From contig CAVVSR010000002.1 in assembly GCA_963750935.1 (NCBI GenBank), forward strand, positions 14,029 through 78,028: a DNA stretch of 64,000 bases, read 5' to 3'. This document shows, in pieces, positions 20,543 to 30,459 of the stretch. Position 1 is the first letter of the stretch; every line of letters starts with the position of its first letter. The notes beneath the pieces are model-generated. The model was not told the origin of the DNA and ran no database searches. It saw only the letters and a program-made list of their open reading frames with translations. Source of the stretch: an uncultured Acidobacteriota bacterium. GTDB taxonomy: Bacteria; Acidobacteriota; Vicinamibacteria; Vicinamibacterales; 2-12-FULL-66-21. The position numbers and the translations under genes are program-made.

Positions 20543-20630
20543 ACGTGCGACGTGCTACGTGCAACGTGCGCACGTGCTGACGTGCCACGGGCTACGTGCT
20601 ACGTCAGGACGTGCGGACGTGCTATGTGCG
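20543..20630. repeat. tandem heptamer array ACGTGCN, about 12 units
   Basis: Units read directly: acgtgcg acgtgct acgtgca acgtgcg (c) acgtgct (g) acgtgcc acgggct acgtgct acgtcag (g) acgtgcg (g) acgtgct atgtgcg. The array lies in the divergent kinase/STK intergenic region. Confidence 0.9.
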
Positions 20631-20655
20631 GGCGCGCGAGGTGCGAGCCGCGGCG

Positions 20656-20661
20656 TATAAT
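20656..20661 (+). promoter_or_regulatory. candidate -10 box TATAAT for the Ser/Thr kinase gene
   Basis: A perfect TATAAT ends 30 nt upstream of ATG 20692. The heptamer array occupies the -35/upstream position. Confidence 0.35.
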
Positions 20662-20691
20662 CCGTCGCTCTGCGGGGAATCCAGTTCAGCC

Positions 20692-23337
20692 ATGGGATTG
20701 ACGCCGGGTGCGCGTCTGGGATCGTATGAAGTCGTCGCCGCCATTGGCCGCGGCGGCATGGGGGAAGTGTTCCGGGCGCGTGACCTCGAGCTGCAGCGTG
20801 ACGTCGCGCTCAAGGTCCTGCCCGACGTGTTCGCGGCCGACCCGCAGCGTCTGGCGCGGTTCCGGCGCGAGGCGCAGATTCTCGCGTCGCTCAACCACCC
20901 CAACATCGCCAGCATCTATGGCATTCACGAGGCCGAAGGCATCCGCGCGCTGGTGCTCGAGCTGGCGGACGGGCAGACGCTCGGCGAGCGGCTCCGCCTC
21001 GGACCGATCCCGGTGGCCGACGCGCTGGTGCTGGCGCTGCAGATCGCGCAGGCGCTCGAAGCGGCGCACGACAAGGGCATCGTGCACCGCGACCTCAAGC
21101 CGGCCAACATCACGTTGTCGGACGAGGGGCGGATCAAGGTGCTCGACTTCGGCCTGGCCAAGGCGTTCGACACCGCCCAGGCGTCGCAGCCGGACGAACT
21201 CACGCTCACCGAACACGACCACACCAAACTCGGCGCAGTGATGGGGACGGCCGGCTACATGAGCCCCGAGCAGGCGCGCGGGCGGCAGGTGGACAGGCGC
21301 ACCGACATCTGGGCGTTCGGATGCGTGCTCTTCGAAATGCTTGCCGGCGACGCGCCGTTCCGCAGCGAGACCAGCTCGGACACGGTCGCGGCGGTTCTCG
21401 GCCGCGATCCAGACTGGGGCCGGCTTCCCGATCGACTGCCGTCGCGTATCCACGCGCTGTTGCGCCGGTGCCTCGAGAAGGATCACCGGGAGCGGCTGCG
21501 CGACATCGGCGACGCGCGCCTGGAGCTGCGCGACGCGCTGGCCGCGGGCGTGGCGGCCGACGATCCCCAGCTCGCGTTGCAGTCTGGCGGTGGCCTGTGG
21601 CGCACGGCCGCGATCGTCCTCGGCATCGCCGCGCTGGCCTTGACGGCGATCGCGTATGCCCTGTCGGGGCGGCAGCCCACCACCCCGGAATGGCGCAATC
21701 CGCTGGCCGACGCGGTCTTCGCGCGCCTCACCGATTTCGACGGCGCAGAATCGTCGGCGGCGATTTCGCCGGACGGCCGCTTCGTCGCGTTCCGTGCCGA
21801 CCGCGACGGTCCGCAGGACATCTGGCTGACGCAGGTGGGCACCGGCACGTTCGTCAATCTCACGCGCGGCAAGGAAGAGGAACTGCTGCTGCCGGTGCGG
21901 AACATCGGGTTCACCGCCGACGGATCGGAAATCTGGCTGGCCGGGCTGGGATCGGCGAACCGGCGGCTGCGGCTCCTGCCGATGATGGGCGGCAGGCCGC
22001 GCGTGTTCCTGCGCGAGAACACCGTCAACGTCGCGTTCGCGCCGGACGGCGCGCGGGTCGTCTACCATACCAACGACGCCGGCGACCCGATGTTCGTCGC
22101 GGATCGCGCCGGGTCGGGCGCGCGCCAGATCTTCGTGCACGGCCCCGCGGGCCACAATCATTTCCCGACCTGGTCGCCGGACGGCCGCTGGATCTATTTC
22201 GTCAGCGGCATCTGGCAGGCGCGGCAGATGGACGTCTGGCGCATCGCGCCCGAGGGGGGCACGCCCGAGCGGCTCACCACGCACGACAGCGACGTCCGCA
22301 GCGTGGCGCCGCTCGATGCGCGTACGGTGCTCTACGTGTCGCCCGACGCCGACGGCTCGGGTCCCTGGCTGTGGGCGCTCGACGTCGAGAGCCGGCAGAC
22401 CCGGCGCGTGAGCTACGGTCTCGAGCGCTACACCTCGGTCGCCTCCAGCCTCGACGGCCGCCGCATCGTCGCCACCGTGGCGAATCCGACGGCGTCGCTG
22501 TGGAGCACGCCGATCCTCGATCGCGTGGCGGAGGATCGCGACGCGGAGCGCGTCGACGTGCCCAGCGTCCGGGCGCACGTGCCGCGGTTCGGCGGGCAGG
22601 CGCTGTTCTATCTCTCGTCGACCGGGGCCGGCGACGGGTTGTGGCGGCTGCAGGACGGGCAGGCGGTCGAGATCTGGAAAGCCGCGAACGGACCCTTGCA
22701 CGCCCCGCCGGCGGTCTCGTTCGACGGACGACGGATCGTGCTGCCGCTGCGGCGGCAGCAGGCGCTGCGCCTGCACATCATGTCCGCGGACGGCGCCGAG
22801 CTCCAGCCGCTCGCCGACACCATCCAGGTCCAGGGTGCGGCGTCGTGGTCGCCGGACGGGACGTGGGTCGCGGTCGGCGGGAACGACGGCTCGGGAGCGG
22901 GCCTGTTCAAGATTCCAACCGACGGCGGGTCGCCGGTTCGCCTGGTGAAGGGACAGGCGCTCAACCCGGAGTGGGCGCCGGACTCTTCGTTGATCGTCTA
23001 CACCGGGACGCTGGTGGGCAATCAGGCGCCGCTCCTGGCGGTGCGACCTGACGGCACGCCGGTCGAGCTGCCGCGGATCACGATTTACGGCGACGGCAAT
23101 GCGGTCGGCGCGCGCTACCGGTTCGTCCGGGACGGCCGCGGGCTGGTGTACATGCAGGGGAGCAGCCTGTGGCAGGAGTTCTGGCTGCTCGACATCGCCA
23201 CCACGGCGCGCCGGCAACTCACGCGATTCACCAGCCGCGCGGCGATGCGCACGTTCGACATCACCCCGGACGGCGCGCGCATCGTCTTCGATCGCGGGCA
23301 CGACAATTCCGACGTCGTGTTGATCGACCGGAAGTAG
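20692..23337 (+). CDS. Ser/Thr protein kinase with transmembrane segment and C-terminal TolB-like (PD40) beta-propeller
   Basis: Start at [14 protein letters not shown]. Kinase motifs: [28 protein letters not shown]. The TM helix is [24 protein letters not shown]40-like repeats follow ([29 protein letters not shown]). Confidence 0.9.
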   Translation: MGLTPGARLGSYEVVAAIGRGGMGEVFRARDLELQRDVALKVLPDVFAADPQRLARFRREAQILASLNHPNIASIYGIHEAEGIRALVLELADGQTLGERLRLGPIPVADALVLALQIAQALEAAHDKGIVHRDLKPANITLSDEGRIKVLDFGLAKAFDTAQASQPDELTLTEHDHTKLGAVMGTAGYMSPEQARGRQVDRRTDIWAFGCVLFEMLAGDAPFRSETSSDTVAAVLGRDPDWGRLPDRLPSRIHALLRRCLEKDHRERLRDIGDARLELRDALAAGVAADDPQLALQSGGGLWRTAAIVLGIAALALTAIAYALSGRQPTTPEWRNPLADAVFARLTDFDGAESSAAISPDGRFVAFRADRDGPQDIWLTQVGTGTFVNLTRGKEEELLLPVRNIGFTADGSEIWLAGLGSANRRLRLLPMMGGRPRVFLRENTVNVAFAPDGARVVYHTNDAGDPMFVADRAGSGARQIFVHGPAGHNHFPTWSPDGRWIYFVSGIWQARQMDVWRIAPEGGTPERLTTHDSDVRSVAPLDARTVLYVSPDADGSGPWLWALDVESRQTRRVSYGLERYTSVASSLDGRRIVATVANPTASLWSTPILDRVAEDRDAERVDVPSVRAHVPRFGGQALFYLSSTGAGDGLWRLQDGQAVEIWKAANGPLHAPPAVSFDGRRIVLPLRRQQALRLHIMSADGAELQPLADTIQVQGAASWSPDGTWVAVGGNDGSGAGLFKIPTDGGSPVRLVKGQALNPEWAPDSSLIVYTGTLVGNQAPLLAVRPDGTPVELPRITIYGDGNAVGARYRFVRDGRGLVYMQGSSLWQEFWLLDIATTARRQLTRFTSRAAMRTFDITPDGARIVFDRGHDNSDVVLIDRK

Positions 23338-23359
23338 CGGACTGGCAACGGAGCGCAGC

Positions 23360-24769
23360 ATGCACAGCAACCTGATGACGATCGGCGGTGCGGCCGTGCT
23401 GGCCGGCCTCGCGGCGATCGGGCAGGATCGGGGTGGAGCGAGGACCGACGTGCGATTGATGACCGTGGATCCGGGGCACTTCCATGCCGCCCTGATCCAG
23501 AAAGACATGTACGCGGGTGTCGACAAGCGCGTCGACGTCTACGCGCCGCTCGGCCCCGATCTGTTCGAGCACCTGAAGCGCGTGTCGGCGTTCAACAGCC
23601 GCGCCGATCGGCCGACGGCGTGGGAAGTCGAGGTCCACACCGGACCGGATTATTTCGAACGCATGCTCCAGGAGCGGCCGGGCAACGTCGTGGTGTTGTC
23701 GGGCCGCAACCGGACGAAGATCGATCGCATCGGGGCGGCGGTGCGCGGCGGCCTGCACGTCCTGGCGGACAAGCCGTGGATCCTGAAATCCGACGACCTG
23801 TCGAAGCTCGAGGCGGCGCTGGCCGTGGCCGACGAGAAAGGCACCGTCGCCTACGACATCATGACCGAGCGGTACGAGATCACCTCGATCCTCCAGCGCG
23901 CGCTCGTCAACGATCCTGCGGTGTTCGGCACTATCGTGAAGGGGACGCCCGGGGATCCGGCGGTCTACATGGAGAGCGTGCACAACCTGATGAAGACCGT
24001 TGCCGGCGCGCCACTCATCCGGCCCGCCTGGTTCTTCAGCAACGACGAGACGGAAGGCCTCAACGACGTCGGTACCCATCTCGTGGATCTGGTGCAGTGG
24101 ACGCTGTTTCCGGATCAGGCGCTCGACTACCGGGCGGACGTGCAGGTCACCGCGGCGCAGCGATGGCCGACCTGGATTCCCGAGGCCGAGTTCCGGCGCG
24201 TCACCGGCGAGGCGCGATTTCCGACGGCGTTGTCCGCATCGGTGAAGGACGGGCGGCTCGAGTACTACTGCAACACGCTGGTCTCGTACGCGCTCGGCGG
24301 CGTTCACACGACGCTCAACGTGATCTGGGACTGGGAAGCGCCGGCGGGGGCGGGCGACACCCACTTCGCCGTGTACAAGGGCACACGCGCCCGCGTCGAA
24401 GTGCGCCAGACGCGCGCGGATCGTTACCGGCCCGAGCTGTACGTCGTTCCGTCCGAGCCTGGCGTTCATGCACAAGTGCTCGCCGGCGCGCAGGCACTGC
24501 TCCAGTCGCTGCAGCGTGCGTATCCCGGAGTGGCGGCTGTCGATCGCGGCGCCGAAATCCACGTGACGATCCCCGACGCGTTCCGGGTCGGCCACGAAGC
24601 CCACTTCGCCGAGGTGGCCGCGAACTACTTCAAGTACCTCCGCGACCGGCGTGCGCTGCCCGGGTGGGAGCGCGCCAACATGCTCGCGAAGTACGCCGTG
24701 ACGACGCGCGGCACCGAGTTGAGCCGTAAGAGCCCGCCACGAGAAGCGCCCCGCATCGCGCCGCAATAG
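23360..24769 (+). CDS. Gfo/Idh/MocA-like oxidoreductase with 'putative oxidoreductase C-terminal' domain
   Basis: Intact 469-aa ORF. It has an N-terminal hydrophobic segment, then the VDPGHFHAAL and VLADKPW motifs typical of this family. Confidence 0.6.
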   Translation: MHSNLMTIGGAAVLAGLAAIGQDRGGARTDVRLMTVDPGHFHAALIQKDMYAGVDKRVDVYAPLGPDLFEHLKRVSAFNSRADRPTAWEVEVHTGPDYFERMLQERPGNVVVLSGRNRTKIDRIGAAVRGGLHVLADKPWILKSDDLSKLEAALAVADEKGTVAYDIMTERYEITSILQRALVNDPAVFGTIVKGTPGDPAVYMESVHNLMKTVAGAPLIRPAWFFSNDETEGLNDVGTHLVDLVQWTLFPDQALDYRADVQVTAAQRWPTWIPEAEFRRVTGEARFPTALSASVKDGRLEYYCNTLVSYALGGVHTTLNVIWDWEAPAGAGDTHFAVYKGTRARVEVRQTRADRYRPELYVVPSEPGVHAQVLAGAQALLQSLQRAYPGVAAVDRGAEIHVTIPDAFRVGHEAHFAEVAANYFKYLRDRRALPGWERANMLAKYAVTTRGTELSRKSPPREAPRIAPQ

Positions 24770-24859
24770 CTGAATTGCCGGCCCGGCCGTTGTGACGGTC
24801 CCTTCATTGCAGGAGAGTGCTGCGATAGGAACCACTCTGCGAGTGAAGGAGTAGCACCG

Positions 24860-25433
24860 ATGATGAAGAACGTAATTACAGGCGGCTTCTGTTCAGCGGT
24901 CGTGTTGGCTTCGGGAATGGCTGTGTTCGCGCAGACGACTCAGCCACCGGCGCCGCCGACGGCTGGCAGCGCGCCCTCAGCCGCGCAGCAGCCTGCGCCG
25001 CCAGCGGACGCGCAGCAGATCACAGTGGCCGGCTGCGTGCAGCGTGAGGCCGACTACCGTCAAGCGAAGGACGCCGGCAAGGGCGGCGCGGCCAACACCG
25101 GCGTGGGCGCGGGGAACGAGTTCGTGCTCGTCGGCGCGCGTCCAGCGGGTGCGGCGGCTTCGGGAACCGAGACCGTCGGAGACCGTGGGCACCAGCGGCG
25201 CCGCAGGCGACGCTTACGAACTGACGGGCTCCGGTGAAGGTCAGCTCGAGCAGTACGTCGGGAAGCGTGTCGAAATCACCGGCAAGCCAAAGGCGATGGC
25301 ACCCGGCGGCACCGCGCCGAACGCAGCCGCACAGACGGCCGAAGACGCGGTCGGTAAGGACCTCAAGCTTCGCGAGTTCGAAGTGATCTCGGTTCGCGCG
25401 GCTGCCGGGGAGTGCCCGCCGATCTCCCGCTAG
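24860..25433 (+). pseudogene. secreted hypothetical protein; frame broken near 25178-25182
   Basis: ORF 24860..25237 carries the signal peptide MMKNVITGGFCSAVVLASGMAVFAQ and a Pro/Ala-rich region. ORF 25044..25433, one frame over, continues with TVGTSGAAGDAYELTGSGEGQLEQYVGKRVEITGK. A terminator follows the gene. Confidence 0.45.
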
Positions 25434-25466
25434 CGCGGGCAGAACCAGAAGGCCGGCTCAACGGCA

Positions 25467-25502
25467 GGGTGTCCGTGGGTAGTACGCGGACACCCATTTT
25501 TT
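25467..25502 (+). terminator. rho-independent terminator
   Basis: GGGTGTCCG-(11-nt loop)-CGGACACCC is followed by A-TTTTTT, 34 nt after the stop at 25433. Confidence 0.75.
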
Positions 25503-25514
25503 CGCGCCCCGACC

Positions 25515-26918
25515 TCATCGGCGCGTGAACGCCGCCGGCAGCAGCGCGCGCACGCGCTGGACGATCAGGTCCTCAGTCCCTGGCGCGAGCGGCGCCGGCT
25601 GGCCGTAGAAGACCATCGACCGATCCACTTCATAGCCACCCTCCGGAATCATCCGTCGGGACGCCACATAGAACGGCACGTCGTTGCTGTAGGCGTTGAC
25701 CCACAGCTTCGCGCCATTGAGCTCGCGCTTCAGCCGCAGCGCATACTCCGACACGACTTCTCCCGCCAGGAACACCATCGCGAGATCGCGGCCGAACGTC
25801 CACGCCTGAACTGGATACGGATAGGCTGTGGCAACCGCCTCGCCGCGATCCAGCCTCTGCAGCACGGCCCTCGCATAGGCGCCGGCCGCGTCCTGTCGTG
25901 TGGCCTGCGCTTCCCACTCTGTCCGCGCCGGGACCCGATCGAAGGCGAGCTCGACGTCACGGACCACGCCGCGCGGTGTGGCGGTGAGTGGCCGCATCAC
26001 CGCACCCAGGAGGCGATCGACTTCCTGTGCGATCTCGATCGCATGACGCTCGACGTCCCGGACGCCGCGTCCGCGCGGGTTCGGGTTCGCATCCGCCCCG
26101 GCGCCGATCGTCACGAGCGCGACCGCGCCCGGATGCCGCTGCTCGATCGCCGCCTGGGCCGCGCCGGGCCAGTCGCCGTGGACGAAGTTGTCGTTGCCGT
26201 CGAAGGTGGTCGCGTGGCAGGCGTAGCTGACCAGGGCGGCACGCAGCCGGCCGTCGGGATGGCGCACCGCGAGCAGCGGCATCTCGTGATCGACCGGCCC
26301 TTCCGGATCGACGCCGAACGCGGCCCACTTGCCGTCTTTCATCACCCGCCGGTGCGCCGCGAACCGCGCCGTGCCGACGGCCCATTCGACGTTCCCGGGC
26401 CGTCGATCCGCCAGCGCCGCCCGTGCCACCTGTTCGAGCTTGCCGGTCAGCGTCCGCGTGTAGGCGTCGATCGCCGTCTGCTCGTCCGCGGTGAGCGGCG
26501 TGGTGAAGATGTGTGGCAGCACGCCGGCGAGGCTGGGTCCGGTGTGCGTGTGGGTGGTGGCGATCGCCAGCTGATGCCGCTCGATGCCCGCCGCGCGCAG
26601 CCGTGATGAGACGTCCTCGGTGATGGCGCGGCTGACGCCGATCAGGTCCGCCGTGATCAGCACCGCCGGCTCGGCGCCGTCGGCGCCGAAGGCCAGCGCC
26701 TTCGCGCGGAGCCGCTGCCCGATGACGGCGGCGGGCCGCGCACGATTGCCGTAGCCGGTGAGCCGGATCGGTTGATCGGGTGTGATGTCGATCGACGCCA
26801 CGCCGACGACGAGCGCGACGCGTGGCGCAGACGATGGCCCTGACGGCCCTGGCGGCGCCGACGCGCAGGCCAGTGTCGACACGACGGCCGACGACAGCAG
26901 TAGACGCAGCAGCTTCAC
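25515..26918 (-). CDS. neutral/alkaline ceramidase-like hydrolase
   Basis: GTG start and signal peptide MKLLRLLLSSAVVSTLACA. Family-like segments: ASIDITPDQPIRLTGYG, ATTHTHTGPS, SYACHATT, NAYSNDVPFYV. Confidence 0.7.
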   Translation of the reverse strand: MKLLRLLLSSAVVSTLACASAPPGPSGPSSAPRVALVVGVASIDITPDQPIRLTGYGNRARPAAVIGQRLRAKALAFGADGAEPAVLITADLIGVSRAITEDVSSRLRAAGIERHQLAIATTHTHTGPSLAGVLPHIFTTPLTADEQTAIDAYTRTLTGKLEQVARAALADRRPGNVEWAVGTARFAAHRRVMKDGKWAAFGVDPEGPVDHEMPLLAVRHPDGRLRAALVSYACHATTFDGNDNFVHGDWPGAAQAAIEQRHPGAVALVTIGAGADANPNPRGRGVRDVERHAIEIAQEVDRLLGAVMRPLTATPRGVVRDVELAFDRVPARTEWEAQATRQDAAGAYARAVLQRLDRGEAVATAYPYPVQAWTFGRDLAMVFLAGEVVSEYALRLKRELNGAKLWVNAYSNDVPFYVASRRMIPEGGYEVDRSMVFYGQPAPLAPGTEDLIVQRVRALLPAAFTRR

Positions 26919-26970
26919 GATTCGCGCGCGATCCTAACATTGCCTTCGCCCCGTCCGGCCTCGGACCGGC

Positions 26971-27250
26971 CGGGAGTTATCGGAGGGTACGGAGAGACCG
27001 GATCTAATAACCGGAGCATCGGAGACAACGGAGGCTATCGGAGGTTCGATTCGCGGGCCGCGCTCCGCGCGGCTGCGGTGGGCCCGATCCCGATCTCACA
27101 AGCGGCGCAGTGATCCAAAGGCCGTTTGTGAGATCGGGGTCGGACCCACCGAAGTGCCGGCGATGCCGGCACCCGCGAAGCTGTCTTCTCCGTTGGTCTT
27201 CGTTGCCGCCGGTGCTCCGTTTGTAAGATCCGGTACCTCCGAGAACTCCG
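26971..27250. repeat. ~280-nt imperfect palindrome (MITE-like or structured-RNA-like) with periodic CGGAG / CTCCG motifs and nested hairpins
   Basis: The left arm 26971-27016 (GGGAGTTATCGGAGGGTACGG...CCGGATCTAATAACCGGAG) is the near reverse complement of 27215-27250. Seven CGGAG-like motifs (six CGGAG plus one CCGGA) sit at roughly 9-bp spacing (26981-27043). A central 25-bp stem spans 27078-27150, and a GTGCCGGC/GCCGGCAC hairpin lies at 27153-27171. Confidence 0.7.
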
Positions 27251-27338
27251 TTCGCTCGTATACCCATGGTCTCGTGTTCTTCCCAAGCTCGCCCGCCGCG
27301 TTCGGCGTCTGAGCTCGCGAAACAGATACGATGGGAGG

Positions 27339-27659
27339 ATGGAAGCCGCGGCTGCCCGCATCACGATCGTCCGCAAGCACCCCGAGGACGTTCGCGATCG
27401 GCAGATCATCGTCTCGCTCGACGGCGACTCGTTCGGGACGCTGCTCTTCGGCGACACCCTGACGCGCGATGTTCCCGCCGGGCCGCACCGGCTGCGCGCG
27501 CACAACACGCTGTTCTGGAAGACGCTCGACGTCGACCTGCGTCCGGGCGAGCAGGCGCGCTTCATCGCGGTGAACCGATCCGGATTCGGCACCTACTCGC
27601 TGCTCGGCCTGCTTGGCGTAGGGCCGCTCTACCTGACTTTCGAACGCGAGGCTGCATGA
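27339..27659 (+). CDS. hypothetical small protein
   Basis: 106-aa ORF with coding-like composition and a hydrophobic C-terminal segment (GFGTYSLLGLLGVGPLYL). GGGAGG abuts the ATG, which is unusually short spacing. I recognised no family. Confidence 0.35.
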   Translation: MEAAAARITIVRKHPEDVRDRQIIVSLDGDSFGTLLFGDTLTRDVPAGPHRLRAHNTLFWKTLDVDLRPGEQARFIAVNRSGFGTYSLLGLLGVGPLYLTFEREAA

Positions 27660-27687
27660 CGATCATCACGAGAGGCGAACGGGCGGC

Positions 27688-28317
27688 ATGAGCACCGATC
27701 CACACGCCGGCCAGCCGATCCTGGCCTACGGGCCCGAGCCCGAAGACGCACGGATCACCGTCATCATGGTGCACGGACGGGGCGCGTCCGCACAGGACAT
27801 CCTCGGACTGGCGCACGAGCTGCAGCTCGCGGACGTCGCCTACCTGGCGCCGCAGGCCGCGGGCAACACCTGGTATCCGTATTCGTTCCTCACGCCGATG
27901 GAGAAGAACGAGCCCGCGCTCGGCTCCGCGCTGCGGCGCCTGGCCGTGCTCGTCGAAGGGTTGTCGGAGCGGGGGATCGGCTCGCCGCGCGTGGCGCTGC
28001 TCGGCTTTTCTCAGGGAGCCTGCCTGTCGCTGGAGTTCGCCGCGCGCAACCCACGCCGCTTTGCCGGGATCGCGGGCTTGAGCGGCGGACTGATCGGGCC
28101 GCCGGGCACGCCCCGCGACTACGCAGGCACGCTGGCGTCCACCCCCGTGTTCCTCGGCTGCAGCGACGTCGACGCGCACATCCCGGTCGAGCGCGTCCGC
28201 GAAAGCGCGGAGGTGTTTCGTCGCCTCGGCGCGCGCGTGGACGAGCGCATCTATCCGCAGATGGGCCACACGATCAACACCGACGAAATCGAGGCCGTGC
28301 GCACCCTGCTCGGGTGA
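27688..28317 (+). CDS. phospholipase/carboxylesterase-family alpha/beta hydrolase (MhqD / dienelactone-hydrolase-like)
   Basis: 209-aa ORF with VIMVHGRGAS, the nucleophile elbow GFSQGA, and distal D and H residues (CSDVDAHIP, MGHTI). Confidence 0.75.
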   Translation: MSTDPHAGQPILAYGPEPEDARITVIMVHGRGASAQDILGLAHELQLADVAYLAPQAAGNTWYPYSFLTPMEKNEPALGSALRRLAVLVEGLSERGIGSPRVALLGFSQGACLSLEFAARNPRRFAGIAGLSGGLIGPPGTPRDYAGTLASTPVFLGCSDVDAHIPVERVRESAEVFRRLGARVDERIYPQMGHTINTDEIEAVRTLLG

Positions 28318-28325
28318 AGTCGCGC

Positions 28326-29384
28326 TCAGCGCGGCGCCCGTCCATGGAACGCGTCATCGAGAATCGTCCGCACCCCCTCGCGCGTCACCGGCCTCGGATT
28401 GGGGTAAGTGGCGGTCATGGCGAGGTCGGCCGCGCGATCGAGATGCTCGGCCTTCAGGCCCAGCTCGCGCAGCGACCGCACCACCCCGATCTCCCGGTTC
28501 AGGGCATCCAGTCCCTCCGCCGCATCCGCCGATCCGATCGCGCGCGCGATCGTGGCCATCGCCTCGCGGGCGTGGTCGCGGTTGTAGGCGGTCGCGTGCG
28601 GCAGCAGGGCAGCATGGGTGTCGGCGTGCGGCAGCCCGAACGATCCGCCGAGCACATGACACAGCTTGTGATGCAGCCCCATCGAGGTCTGGTTCAACGC
28701 GACGCCGGCCAGGTGCGCCGCCCGCAGTGCCGCGGTGCGCGCGTCGACGTTCGAGCCGTCGCGAACCACCACGGGGAGCGCGGTCGCGAATCCGTGGAGC
28801 GCCGCTTCGGCGAGCAGCGAGGCGAGCGGATTGGCGTCGAACGCGTAGAGCGCCTCGACCGCGTGTGCGACGCCGTTCATGCCGCTGGCCGCGCTGACCG
28901 GCGCGGGCAGGGAGAGCGTCAACTCCGGGTCGTAGATGACGATCGCTGGAGCGGCGTGGATGCTCCGGCTCGTCGACTTCGCGTGCTCGCGAGTCATGCC
29001 CCAGATGTCGGTCATCTCCGATCCCGAGTACGTCGTCGGCATCGAGACGAGCGGCAGGTGCCGCTCCACCGCCAGCGCCTTGCCGAGGCCGATCGCCGAC
29101 CCGCCGCCGACAGACACGAGGCAGTCAGGGCGCAAGCGGTCCACGTCGCGCCCCGCGCCTTCGACGACAGCGGCTGGCACGTGGAGCTGCGCGCGGTCGA
29201 AGCGGCCCACCGAGAGGTCTCCGAGAACCGCGTCGAGCCAATCGAGCAGTTCGCGACGGCCCGGCGTCGCGAGCAGCAGCGCACGCGTGTAGCCGGCGCG
29301 GCTCAGCTCGGCGCCGAGCTCGCCCGCGGCACCGGCACCGAAGACGACGCGGACCGGCCGCAGCTGATAGGTGAAACGGTTCAC
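28326..29384 (-). CDS. maleylacetate reductase (iron-containing alcohol dehydrogenase family)
   Basis: This is the C-terminal part of ORF 28326..30425(-). The start is GTG 29384 (VNRFTYQLRPVRVVFGAGA), overlapping the upstream stop (GTGA). Motifs: VSVGGGSAIGLGKA, PTTYSGSEMT, GLHHKLCHVLGG. Confidence 0.8.
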   Translation of the reverse strand: MNRFTYQLRPVRVVFGAGAAGELGAELSRAGYTRALLLATPGRRELLDWLDAVLGDLSVGRFDRAQLHVPAAVVEGAGRDVDRLRPDCLVSVGGGSAIGLGKALAVERHLPLVSMPTTYSGSEMTDIWGMTREHAKSTSRSIHAAPAIVIYDPELTLSLPAPVSAASGMNGVAHAVEALYAFDANPLASLLAEAALHGFATALPVVVRDGSNVDARTAALRAAHLAGVALNQTSMGLHHKLCHVLGGSFGLPHADTHAALLPHATAYNRDHAREAMATIARAIGSADAAEGLDALNREIGVVRSLRELGLKAEHLDRAADLAMTATYPNPRPVTREGVRTILDDAFHGRAPR

Positions 29385-30334
29385 GATGCCGTTCGGACCG
29401 CGATCGCCGGGAGGCCCGACTCGATCGCTCCCCGATTCACTTCCTCCCACGGCGGGAGCTTCAGATCCTGCCCCAGGCAGGGCAGCGTCTCGTCGAAGGT
29501 GAATCCCGGCTGCACCGTCGCGACCTCGAGCAGCACGCCGCCCGGTTCGCGGAAGTAGATCGATCGGAAGTACTGCCGATCCATGACGTCGGTGACGTCG
29601 AACCCGCGCGCAATCAGCTCGCCGCGAAGGCGCAGCTGGTCGTCGGCGCTCGCGATGGCGAGCGCGACGTGGTGCACGGTCCCGAGCCCGTTGGCCGCGG
29701 GCGCCGCCTCCGGATCGACGACGACGTCGATGGTCTTGCCTGGTTCGTCGCCGTTGACCGCGAGCCGGGTCACTCCCGCCATTTCGTTCACGGTGGAGAA
29801 CCCGAGCAGGCCGGTCATCAACTCGAGCGTCGGCCCTTTCGCTCGTACGACCATCGACACGCTGTGGAGGCCGCGGACGGCCGCCCGTTCGTCGATGGCG
29901 CCAGCGCGCCACGGGGATCGCCGATCGCGGCCGGTGCCGATCAGCTCGATGGCGAGGCCGGACGGATCGGTGGCGACGATCGACTCCTCGCCGAACCGCG
30001 GCGCGGCGTCGCGGACGTGAACGCCACGCTCGACGAGACGCGAGCGCCAGTAGTCCAGCGACTGGTCTGGGACCGAGAACGAGGTGACGGTGACTTGCCC
30101 CGCCCCCTTCAGGCCGACGCGCACGCTGCGGCCCTTGTAGGGGAAGGTCGTCCAGATCGTGCCCGGCGTGCCCTGCTCGTCCCCGTAGTAGAAGTGATAC
30201 ACGTGACGGTTGTCGAAATTGACCGTCTTCTTGACCAGGCGAAGACCGAGCGCCTCCGTGCAGAAGTCGAGGTCTGCCTGCGCGTCGTCGACCGTCGCCG
30301 TGACGTGGTGGAGGCCGAGAATCGGGTGCGTCAT
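29381..30334 (-). CDS. two-domain VOC-superfamily ring-cleaving dioxygenase (hydroquinone/MhqO-LinE-PcpA type)
   Basis: Start at MTHPILGLHHVTATV. The second VOC repeat is VRGLHSVSMVV...VHHVALA. It is translationally coupled to maleylacetate reductase. Confidence 0.75.
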   Translation of the reverse strand: MTHPILGLHHVTATVDDAQADLDFCTEALGLRLVKKTVNFDNRHVYHFYYGDEQGTPGTIWTTFPYKGRSVRVGLKGAGQVTVTSFSVPDQSLDYWRSRLVERGVHVRDAAPRFGEESIVATDPSGLAIELIGTGRDRRSPWRAGAIDERAAVRGLHSVSMVVRAKGPTLELMTGLLGFSTVNEMAGVTRLAVNGDEPGKTIDVVVDPEAAPAANGLGTVHHVALAIASADDQLRLRGELIARGFDVTDVMDRQYFRSIYFREPGGVLLEVATVQPGFTFDETLPCLGQDLKLPPWEEVNRGAIESGLPAIAVRTAS

Positions 30335-30459
30335 TTCGGTGGACCGGTGAATGCGGGCGGGCCCGCGGGGTCGCGGGCTGCCGCTGATCATAATGCCCCG
30401 ACCGCTGATATGCTGAGGCGCCCATACCGACGGTGGACGTGCGCCGCAGGACAAGGACG

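Noticed and set aside
20543-20630. The tandem arrays (also 34253-34328 and 63624-63698) as possible CRISPR arrays.
   Set aside because: The units are 7 nt and directly abutting. There are no unique spacers, no repeats of 24-48 nt, and no cas genes in the window.
25165-25190. A 10-bp imperfect tandem duplication (GAGACCGTCG GAGACCGTGG) as the cause of the frameshift in the small secreted-protein gene.
   Set aside because: A single extra G gives an equally good reconstruction (TETVG-TVGTSGAAG), and the two copies differ. I cannot distinguish the alternatives from sequence alone, so it is not claimed.
27039-27060. tRNA-like T-loop sequence GGTTCGATTCG.
   Set aside because: The flanking bases do not form a T-stem. 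No acceptor or anticodon arms can be drawn. The motif is part of the CGGAG repeat element.
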